The notes beneath the pieces were generated by a model that saw nothing but the letters and a program-made list of their open reading frames with translations, was not told the origin of the DNA and searched no databases. Shown here one piece after another: positions 1 through 6,291 of a stretch of DNA of 45,237 nucleotides (position 1 is its first letter; each line of letters starts with the position of its first letter). Origin of the DNA: a virus (Duplodnaviria; Heunggongvirae; Uroviricota; Caudoviricetes); the IMG/VR virus record IMGVR_UViG_3300035034_002090, positions 1 through 45,237 of that record, one strand, 5' to 3'. A program made the translations under genes and the position numbers.

Positions 1-24
1 CTCCGGGCGCTGATGAGGCAGGCC
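1..24 (+). ncRNA. Hammerhead ribozyme, type II, 3' part only (truncated by window start) (HH0)
   Basis: CTGATGA (10-16), GGC (17-19), AGGCC tail, then AGGGAG SD; same layout as the 3' half of the complete copies downstream. Confidence 0.6.
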
Positions 25-48
25 GACAACAAACCAAAGGGAGATGCT

Positions 49-398
49 ATGCGACTTTCAACCAAGAGAAGATTTCACAACGCGCTCAGCGAAATGGGTG
101 GACCTGCGTCGAGAAAACAGAGTCCGATGAATTTGAGCACCATTGTGGCGAGTACGCCAACTATCGATTCATCTCAGAGAGAGGTGAGCCACTGAAAGCC
201 CAGATAAGCTACAGGTTCCGAGATCCTCATGTAGATGATCTTGTCGATGAAGATTGTGAGGACTGGACGGTTCTCATCTTCAGCGATGACAGGACGGGAA
301 CTGCTGGCAAGATGATCTACGACGAACATGCGTTAACGCAGAAGGAAGTCACCGCTCTCACCAAAGAAGCTCTTGGCAACTTTCAATGTGACGAGTAG
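49..398 (+). pseudogene. Hypothetical ~116 aa protein with a 1-nt frameshift at the start (or assembly error)
   Basis: SD AGGGAG 38-43 and ATG 49, but the long open frame (ATFNQEKISQRAQRNGWTC...FQCDE, TAG 396-398) is offset by one base; ATG+GCG share one G. Confidence 0.5.
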
Positions 399-464
399 CC
401 GAAATGCCCCGGTCCAACGGGGCATCTGGTAGGGGTGGCCTCCTGCCACTGAAGAGGCAGGCCA
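398..464 (+). ncRNA. Hammerhead ribozyme, type II with pseudoknot (HH1); predicted cleavage after C426 (AUC)
   Basis: GCC-GAAA; stem III TGCCCCG/CGGGGCA; TC; stem I TGGTAGG/CCTGCCA; CTGAAGA; GGC; loop TGGCC pairs with tail GGCCA (460-464). Confidence 0.92.
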
Positions 465-488
465 TTTAATTTACATCAGGGAGGTATC

Positions 489-1124
489 ATGGATGAAGAG
501 ACACTAAGAAAATTCGGCACCAAGCACACGGTGTTCTGTAGTCCCGGAGCGGATTGCAGATATGTAGAAGGGCTGGGGGAGTTCAAGAATACCGAGGAAG
601 CTTTTTTAGCTGCGGCAAAGGCTGTGGGTAACGGGCTAAAGGATGTGGCCATGGCAACTGTCATGTTCGGATCTGACTTGATTGGATGTTTTCTGAATCG
701 CAACGGAAACCCTGTGCCGGTGACGGGAACGTTTGCGAATGACGAGCACCTGAACATGGCGGTTCAGGCGCAGTACAAATTCATCCTCCATCGCACCCGG
801 CAAGGGAGTAAGGATTGGGCCAAGGAGTATCTGTCTGAGGTCGGGCAGAAGGTCGGATTCGAGTTCGATGGCGAGCCTCACGAGTCCGATGTGTACGACG
901 ACGGATTCGATCTCGACATGATCGTTGGATGGAAGGGTACGGGACTCACCCTGTCCATCGTGTTTGAGGAAGGCAACCCTCACCTCTATGCTACAGAGTC
1001 TGGAGGTTCGGTGGGCCACCCTTGGCATGATGAGTTCTACGACATCGAACTCACTGAAGCTGTCGAGCTGCAAGAGATCGTCGATGAGATCACGTGGGCG
1101 TTCGAGAAGCCTCGGGATCTCTAG
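489..1124 (+). CDS. Hypothetical protein (211 aa, acidic)
   Basis: ORF with AGGGAGG SD; TAG overlaps first base of the next ribozyme. Confidence 0.85.
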   Translation: MDEETLRKFGTKHTVFCSPGADCRYVEGLGEFKNTEEAFLAAAKAVGNGLKDVAMATVMFGSDLIGCFLNRNGNPVPVTGTFANDEHLNMAVQAQYKFILHRTRQGSKDWAKEYLSEVGQKVGFEFDGEPHESDVYDDGFDLDMIVGWKGTGLTLSIVFEEGNPHLYATESGGSVGHPWHDEFYDIELTEAVELQEIVDEITWAFEKPRDL

Positions 1125-1198
1125 CCGAAACGCGAGTGCACACGATTGCACTCGCGTCTGACTGAATTAACCATCAGTCACTGATGAGGCAGGTTAAT
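1124..1198 (+). ncRNA. Hammerhead ribozyme, type II with pseudoknot (HH2); cleavage after C1158 (GUC)
   Basis: GCC-GAAA; 10-bp stem III CGCGAGTGCA/TGCACTCGCG; TC; stem I TGACTGA/TCAGTCA; CTGATGA; GGC; loop ATTAACC pairs with tail GGTTAAT. Confidence 0.95.
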
Positions 1199-1216
1199 CA
1201 CACAAGGGAGGAACTA

Positions 1217-1522
1217 ATGTTTATCATCGCGCATGACGGACAGACCACGATCATGAGAGTGCAGCGCTACCGGAATCACTCAGGGCGGTTCCTTATGCTG
1301 AAAAAGAGCGCTTCCAGCAACGCCATGTATAGCACGAGTAGCGAGTTCGGAAACCTTTCCGATGCGAAGAGGCGTCTACTAGATCGAACCAAAATTACCG
1401 GGCAAAGAAACCCGATGGATGCGCTCTTCGACATGCTCACTCAGGACATGTGGATCTACGACAGCAAGAGTGAGTCGGCCAAGAAGATCTACGACATCGA
1501 AGACCAATGGGTCGATGGCTGA
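1217..1522 (+). CDS. Hypothetical protein (101 aa)
   Basis: ATG 1217 after AGGGAGG; the ORF-track start at 1184 lies inside the ribozyme core. Confidence 0.8.
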   Translation: MFIIAHDGQTTIMRVQRYRNHSGRFLMLKKSASSNAMYSTSSEFGNLSDAKRRLLDRTKITGQRNPMDALFDMLTQDMWIYDSKSESAKKIYDIEDQWVDG

Positions 1523-1535
1523 TTCATGGCCTGAA

Positions 1536-1597
1536 GTCGAAACGCCCTTCGGGGCGTCTGCCAGAAGGCAACCGAGCTGGCACTGATGAGGCAGGTT
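1536..1597 (+). ncRNA. Hammerhead ribozyme, type II (HH3); cleavage after C1558 (GUC)
   Basis: GTC-GAAA; stem III CGCCC-TTCG-GGGCG; TC; stem I TGCCAG/CTGGCA; CTGATGA; GGC (one G-U in stem II); loop AACC pairs with tail GGTT. Confidence 0.92.
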
Positions 1598-1618
1598 AAT
1601 CACACAAGGGAGGACGCA

Positions 1619-2083
1619 ATGTCTTTACAAAACCAGTACAACGATTTCAAGCGACACGCCGAATCAGGCGCGTTGTCCGACCCCGACCCACGGCGCTGCA
1701 AGTGTCATGGTGGAGGATGGATTCTTTCCGACTTCGACACGTTCCATAAGTGCCCCTCGCACACCGGTCGATACCATCCCGAGAACGACCACATTGAGGG
1801 CAGGACCTATGAATGGTTCGGAGGCTGCCAATGGGAGCGCGTCGGAGAGAACGTCTGGCTTCTCAGGGCGTACTACCATGGATACGGCAAGGACGCTTAC
1901 CATGAAGCTGTGGAGCGCGGAGAAGAAGTCGTCGATGATGCCCCGACATGGGTCGAGTACACCGTTGACGAAAACGGCCGAGCCTACATGAAGTCGGGCT
2001 GGCACGAAGGCGTCAAGGAATGGGAGAGTGTCAAGGTGCTTCGCAAGATCGTCTCTTGGCAGTTCAAAGAAAACTTGGGGTAA
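1619..2083 (+). CDS. Hypothetical protein with Cys/His cluster (CKC...HKCPSH)
   Basis: ATG 1619 after AGGGAGG SD. Confidence 0.8.
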   Translation: MSLQNQYNDFKRHAESGALSDPDPRRCKCHGGGWILSDFDTFHKCPSHTGRYHPENDHIEGRTYEWFGGCQWERVGENVWLLRAYYHGYGKDAYHEAVERGEEVVDDAPTWVEYTVDENGRAYMKSGWHEGVKEWESVKVLRKIVSWQFKENLG

Positions 2084-2639
2084 GTGATGTTGAGCAGAGA
2101 TTCTGAAGTAAAGGACTTTCCGATTCTTGAGAGCCTCATCGACGGCGAACACATCTTGGTCAAGGAGGACCTCGAAGGGCAGAATGTAGTGGACGGTTCA
2201 GTTGTGCTTGGCATGAAAGCTGGGCCATCAATCTGCGTCGACAACGCCTGTCATGAAATGGCGCACCTCATCGAAATAGATGAAGCCCGCATCACTTCTG
2301 TGAATTGGGGGTGATCGTGTGGAGATACCGGGCTTACGAGCTTACAACGAGTTCCGTTCGTCAGATCACATCGATCGCGAGATTCGCGTCTGGGCCATCC
2401 AGTGGCATATCCAGCAGTACATCGAAAAGCCCGTGACCTTCGATAAGCTAGGAAGGGTGGGTTACTGGCTTCCTGATATTTTTAGGCTCAAAAAGCGGGG
2501 CCTAAAAAGCACACTCGATAGGGGCACGGTGACGTCTTGGTTCGCCGAGGCCATCGAAAGAGAGAGTGAATCCCACACCATAGAAGGGATCCTTGAAGAG
2601 CTGGAGAGACGCAGAAGCATCATTGCCTCTCGAAAGTAA
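2084..2639 (+). pseudogene. HEXXH metallopeptidase-like gene split by a frameshift near 2307-2318
   Basis: ORF 2084-2314 has HEMAH; ORF 2319-2639 (other frame, no SD) carries a candidate third-ligand E (DREIRVWA); G5 run at the junction. Confidence 0.5.
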
Positions 2640-2642
2640 GGC

Positions 2643-2670
2643 TTGACACGCCCTTTCATTTAACTAGTAT
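2643..2670 (+). promoter_or_regulatory. Sigma70-like promoter
   Basis: TTGACA-16 nt-TAGTAT; shares TTGACACG...TTTC...TAG with 6098 and 9970. Confidence 0.6.
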
Positions 2671-2701
2671 TGACGTAACTCAGGAATGGAGATCAAGGAA
2701 G

Positions 2702-2995
2702 ATGTCAACGAAGGGAGAACGAAGGGTGCGAGGAATGAAGCTCGCCGCGATGAATGGTGGCAGGCGATGGACCAGCACCGTCAAAATCAAGGCCATCCTC
2801 GAAAACGATGAGCTTGAACCGCAAGAGTCGATGAACCTGATCGCCAAGAAGATCAAACGCTCTGGGGCGTTCTCTGAGATTCTATGCGAAGAGATCCAGA
2901 CAGCAGCAGACGAGAACGACGTCGAATGGTTCGATGACGTTCTGTCTGCCGCATATGAAGAAGCTGACGAGAAAGGCATCTGGATGGGTCCCTGA
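2702..2995 (+). CDS. Hypothetical protein (97 aa)
   Basis: ORF with AAGGA SD downstream of promoter. Confidence 0.75.
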   Translation: MSTKGERRVRGMKLAAMNGGRRWTSTVKIKAILENDELEPQESMNLIAKKIKRSGAFSEILCEEIQTAADENDVEWFDDVLSAAYEEADEKGIWMGP

Positions 2996-3009
2996 CTCAA
3001 AGTAGCTTA

Positions 3010-3072
3010 GCCGAAACGCCCTCCGGGGCGTCTGGCGAGCATTGACCAGCTCGCCATTGATGAGGCAGGTCA
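3010..3072 (+). ncRNA. Hammerhead ribozyme, type II, C3U core variant (HH4); cleavage after C3032 (GUC)
   Basis: GCC-GAAA; CGCCC-TCCG-GGGCG; TC; stem I TGGCGAGC/GCTCGCCA; TTGATGA; GGC; loop TGACC pairs with tail GGTCA. Confidence 0.88.
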
Positions 3073-3096
3073 CACATTCATTCAAAGGGAGGAAAG

Positions 3097-3621
3097 ATGA
3101 CCATTTATTCAATCGGAAGCGGCGGGCTCAAACCATGCAAGAAGCTGAGCCTCCACGAGAACATCGAGTGCTACATGGGCGATTCGGATAGTCCCAAGCA
3201 CATCGTTATCACTCGCGTAACCGAGGACCGGGTGTATTTCACTCAACGCTACAGTGACTACCGGGAAGAGCGATTCGAGTCTCGGCCCATCATTGACGAT
3301 CTCATCAAGAACGGAACCACAACGTGGCTGGAGGGCTACGGCCCGAAGCATTTCCCGGAGCTTGCCGAGAGCCTTAAGCGCTTGCTCGATGGTGGCGAGC
3401 CAGACAAGGTTGACCCGAAGGACTTCGAGTTCGTTACGGCAGCAATGGCTCCGGCCGAAGGCGACGAGCACGCTGTCTGGAGGGCGGCCAAAAGCTACGG
3501 GGTGATGCACGGCTACAACGAGGATGAGGGTTACTTCTCAGTGAGGTGCTCTCGCCAAGTCGTCGAGGACATCCGAGAAGACGAGCAATTCACTGACGTC
3601 CGTATCATCAAGGACGCATAA
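3097..3621 (+). CDS. Hypothetical protein (174 aa)
   Basis: ORF after AGGGAGG SD in ribozyme tail. Confidence 0.85.
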   Translation: MTIYSIGSGGLKPCKKLSLHENIECYMGDSDSPKHIVITRVTEDRVYFTQRYSDYREERFESRPIIDDLIKNGTTTWLEGYGPKHFPELAESLKRLLDGGEPDKVDPKDFEFVTAAMAPAEGDEHAVWRAAKSYGVMHGYNEDEGYFSVRCSRQVVEDIREDEQFTDVRIIKDA

Positions 3622-3624
3622 CCA

Positions 3625-3699
3625 ACCGAAACGCGAGTGCACACAATTGCACTCGCGTCTGCCCAACACTGACCGGTCGGGCACTGACGAGGCAGGTCA
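3625..3699 (+). ncRNA. Hammerhead ribozyme, type II (HH5); cleavage after C3659 (GUC)
   Basis: ACC-GAAA; stem III CGCGAGTGCA/TGCACTCGCG; TC; stem I TGCCC/GGGCA; CTGACGA; GGC (2-bp stem II); loop TGACC pairs with tail GGTCA. Confidence 0.9.
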
Positions 3700-3719
3700 C
3701 ACAAATCAAGGGAGAACAG

Positions 3720-4097
3720 ATGGAAAACGAATTCAATTATCGAATTGCTGAGGTCACGTCGTTAGCGAAAATCACACTCAGATGGAAGCGTCATCTGCTT
3801 CTGGCAATTACCGAGGATGTCAGGGAGAATATCGAAGGCATCGAACACACCCATGTCGCCGAAGACCAGAACCAAAATCACACCGTGTGGTTCGAGTTCG
3901 ATGACGGCACGAAGGTCTATGCAGAGCACGGTGGATTCGCCGAGAGGTTCGACACTTGTATCGGCTTGAGTAAGAAAGAGAAGGGCGACTACGACACAAG
4001 CTGGGGACGCTTCAGGTATGACATCGAGGACGACTGGCAAGAGGTTGCCCGGAAGTTCACAAACTACCTTCGTGAGCAACGCAACAAACTGAGTTGA
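3720..4097 (+). CDS. Hypothetical protein (125 aa)
   Basis: ORF after AAGGGAG SD. Confidence 0.85.
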   Translation: MENEFNYRIAEVTSLAKITLRWKRHLLLAITEDVRENIEGIEHTHVAEDQNQNHTVWFEFDDGTKVYAEHGGFAERFDTCIGLSKKEKGDYDTSWGRFRYDIEDDWQEVARKFTNYLREQRNKLS

Positions 4098-4109
4098 GTC
4101 GAAACTCAG

Positions 4110-4370
4110 GTGCTCTACACGCTTGAAGACTCAACCAATGGATACCCAATGGAAGACGCAAACTATACCGTATTAACTGGCTCCGAAGGCGCAGCAGACT
4201 TCACCCTGTACGAAGATGCCGTAGACTTCGTTAACAACGAGGCTGACGAATACGAAGATGATGGATACGAATGCGATCGATCTTTGGCATCGGCCAATAA
4301 TCTTTACGCGGTTCGATGTGAGAAGAAAGGGGAATCGGTCGACATCCAGATCATTCTCAAAGAGGACTAA
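4110..4370 (+). CDS. Hypothetical acidic protein (86 aa; start uncertain)
   Basis: ORF fills the gap between 4097 and HH6; GTG start without a clear SD. Confidence 0.65.
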   Translation: MLYTLEDSTNGYPMEDANYTVLTGSEGAADFTLYEDAVDFVNNEADEYEDDGYECDRSLASANNLYAVRCEKKGESVDIQIILKED

Positions 4371-4376
4371 TCAAAA

Positions 4377-4442
4377 GCCGAAACGCTCCGGGTAACCGGG
4401 CGTCTGGCTGAGTTGACCACCAGCTACTGAAGAGGCAGGTCA
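4377..4442 (+). ncRNA. Hammerhead ribozyme, type II (HH6); cleavage after C4404 (GUC)
   Basis: GCC-GAAA; stem III CGC(T)CCGG-GTAA-CCGGGCG; TC; stem I TGGCTG/CAGCTA; CTGAAGA; GGC; loop TGACC pairs with tail GGTCA. Confidence 0.93.
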
Positions 4443-4466
4443 CACATTCATTCAAGGGAGGCCGCC

Positions 4467-4880
4467 ATGCAGCAAGACAACAAACAGCCAATCAGCCTCA
4501 AGGGATTCGAAGGACAAACCGTCCAATTCTTTGATCCTTGGGAACTCGGCCGAGATGCCGACTACTTCTACTTGGTTCGATTCGTCGGATCGATGACCAA
4601 CTACGTTATCCCGAGCGACAACAACCACGAAGACGGATACCAAGAGGTTACCGAGGATGTCTTCAGGACTCCGGAAGGCGAACGCTATCGCATCATCGAG
4701 GGCACTCCTGAGTACGATGACTATCAAGAGGACATCGACAAGCATATCATCGGCGAATGCGATCGCATTCGCTATCATGAAGATGGATTCTACTACGACA
4801 CCGAAACCATCGAGGTCACCCAACGTGTCGATCGTGGGGACATCACGTTCGAGCTTGCTGAGGTGAGGCCCATTCGATAG
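4467..4880 (+). CDS. Hypothetical acidic protein (137 aa)
   Basis: ORF after AAGGGAGG SD. Confidence 0.85.
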   Translation: MQQDNKQPISLKGFEGQTVQFFDPWELGRDADYFYLVRFVGSMTNYVIPSDNNHEDGYQEVTEDVFRTPEGERYRIIEGTPEYDDYQEDIDKHIIGECDRIRYHEDGFYYDTETIEVTQRVDRGDITFELAEVRPIR

Positions 4881-4889
4881 GAGCACGAG

Positions 4890-5108
4890 ATGAGCTACAA
4901 ATGCGAAGACGTGAACAGATATGGGCACGCCATGTATGACTACTGCTGGCAAAACAAGCATCAGTCAAAAGGCACAGCTCATAAGGTAGACCCCGACACA
5001 GGGCTACCAGCTTGCGGGAGAGTAAGGGATTTGGGGTCGCTAGAATTCACAGATCACCTCCCCGGCGAACCACACTGTAAGATATGCTTCAAAGGCAAGG
5101 ACATCTGA
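4890..5108 (+). CDS. Small putative zinc-binding protein (72 aa)
   Basis: AGGAG SD; H...CG...HCKIC motif. Confidence 0.75.
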   Translation: MSYKCEDVNRYGHAMYDYCWQNKHQSKGTAHKVDPDTGLPACGRVRDLGSLEFTDHLPGEPHCKICFKGKDI

Positions 5109-5539
5109 GCCGAAACGCCCTTAGGGGCGTCGTCACCGGGTGCGTTCCGGTGGCATTGCTGATCGTGCCCGTTTCGGACGTGTCCAGTGGAGGGGTTGGC
5201 GTCTTGACGGTACGTCGAGGTATCGACCCCCAAAAAGGAAAGCTCGCCCTCCCGGGAGGTTTCATCGAGACCGGAGAAACATGGAAGTCGGCCGCTGTTC
5301 GAGAGCTACAGGAAGAAACGGGCCTTCACTATCCAGCTAGCTCTGTAACATCATTCGACATCAAGGATGGTCGATCCACGGTGCTTCTTTTCGGACTACT
5401 ATCAGATGAGGTGCGCTCGTCTGAAATAGTCGAGCAATTCACGCCCAACCGTGAAGTAACAGGACTTGAGATCATCACCGAACCCCGCGAACTGGCTTTT
5501 CCTTCGCACACCGAAGTCATCAAACAGTTTTTCGATTGA
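5084..5539 (+). CDS. Nudix hydrolase (ADP-ribose pyrophosphatase-like), apparently N-terminally truncated
   Basis: Nudix box GGFIETGETWKSAAVRELQEETGL preceded by GKLALP; the first 16 codons of the ORF-track start overlap the upstream gene and the ribozyme half, with no SD. Confidence 0.75.
   Translation: MLQRQGHLSRNALRGVVTGCVPVALLIVPVSDVSSGGVGVLTVRRGIDPQKGKLALPGGFIETGETWKSAAVRELQEETGLHYPASSVTSFDIKDGRSTVLLFGLLSDEVRSSEIVEQFTPNREVTGLEIITEPRELAFPSHTEVIKQFFD
5109..5154 (+). ncRNA. Hammerhead 5' half / degenerate copy (HH7)
   Basis: GCC-GAAA-CGCCC-TTAG-GGGCG-TC right after TGA, then hairpin GTCACCGG/CCGGTGGC, but no CTGANGA-GGC follows. Confidence 0.7.
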
Positions 5540-5572
5540 GCACGTCAACCATTCTAACACCAAGAGGCCATT

Positions 5573-6085
5573 ATGTTGCCCTACTGGAAGCCCAAAGAAA
5601 CATGGCAAGAGCTACAGTCCGAAGAAGCAAATGGCTTTGATGCACTCACTCAGGCCATCTCGCTGTCAGCCAAGTGTTGCCGGTTCTATTACGTCTTTGA
5701 TAGCGATCAGCTGACCGAAGAGAACCGAAGCAACTGGCTTCTCTGGGGCAGCATGGCTCACGACATCCACGCCATCGATGATGACGGCCCGCACCCCAAA
5801 GATTGGTCTCTTCGGGACGGGTCATGCGCATTCGTGGCAGGACAGTTCGACCTCGTCAGTGAAGGCGACTCCACCACCTCGCCCATCAGTCTGTCTGTAT
5901 ATGAGGTGGTCGAGCATGATGAATGGTCCAAAGACAGACCCATCTTCAGCGTAAGCAGCTCTATGAAGGCAGGAGAAGGGCTCATTAGCCTGTACAAATG
6001 TCTATTCAATCATGAGGTGAGCCGCAAGAAGCTCATCGTGGGCAGCGCGGTAGGCATATTGCGAGAGGTCCACGACCGAAGATAA
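5573..6085 (+). CDS. Hypothetical protein (170 aa)
   Basis: ORF with GAGG SD. Confidence 0.7.
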   Translation: MLPYWKPKETWQELQSEEANGFDALTQAISLSAKCCRFYYVFDSDQLTEENRSNWLLWGSMAHDIHAIDDDGPHPKDWSLRDGSCAFVAGQFDLVSEGDSTTSPISLSVYEVVEHDEWSKDRPIFSVSSSMKAGEGLISLYKCLFNHEVSRKKLIVGSAVGILREVHDRR

Positions 6086-6097
6086 ACAACAACACAT

Positions 6098-6126
6098 TTG
6101 ACACGTCAGTTTCGTTATGTTAGGTA
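6098..6126 (+). promoter_or_regulatory. Sigma70-like promoter
   Basis: TTGACACGT...TTTC...ATGTTAG, aligns base-for-base in spacing with 9970-9998. Confidence 0.55.
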
Positions 6127-6225
6127 AGGTGAGGCCGGATAAGGAAGTCCGGCCCAGCGGGGACACTATCGACCATACGGAGGTTGGCATGAAGCCTGTC
6201 AAGATGGATCACTCTCTACCGCGAC

Positions 6226-6264
6226 ATCCCCGCATGGTTGCTGGGGATCTGATGAGGCAGACCG
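6226..6264 (+). ncRNA. Hammerhead 3' half / degenerate copy (HH8)
   Basis: Stem ATCCCC/GGGGAT directly followed by CTGATGA-GGC-AGACC; loop TGGTT can pair with GACCG; preceded by GAC rather than GUC and no GAAA upstream. Confidence 0.65.
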
Positions 6265-6291
6265 CGATTTATTTTACAAAAAGGAATAGCC

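Noticed and set aside
1184-1618. Shared N-terminal peptide MRQVNHTRE / MRQ in ORFs at 13, 1184 and 1586
   Set aside because: The ATG lies within the CTGATGA ribozyme core; the real starts follow the SD further downstream
4095-4108. TGAGT-CGAA-ACTCA with GTCGAAAC after a stop codon
   Set aside because: Could be a ribozyme scar, but there is no stem I or CUGANGA, and it is too short to call
1-6264. Repeats read as a CRISPR array, REP elements or integron attC sites
   Set aside because: Spacers are whole genes. Conservation falls on the hammerhead core nucleotides with compensatory stem changes, and there are no attC RYYYAAC/GTTRRRY ends, cas genes or intI in the window
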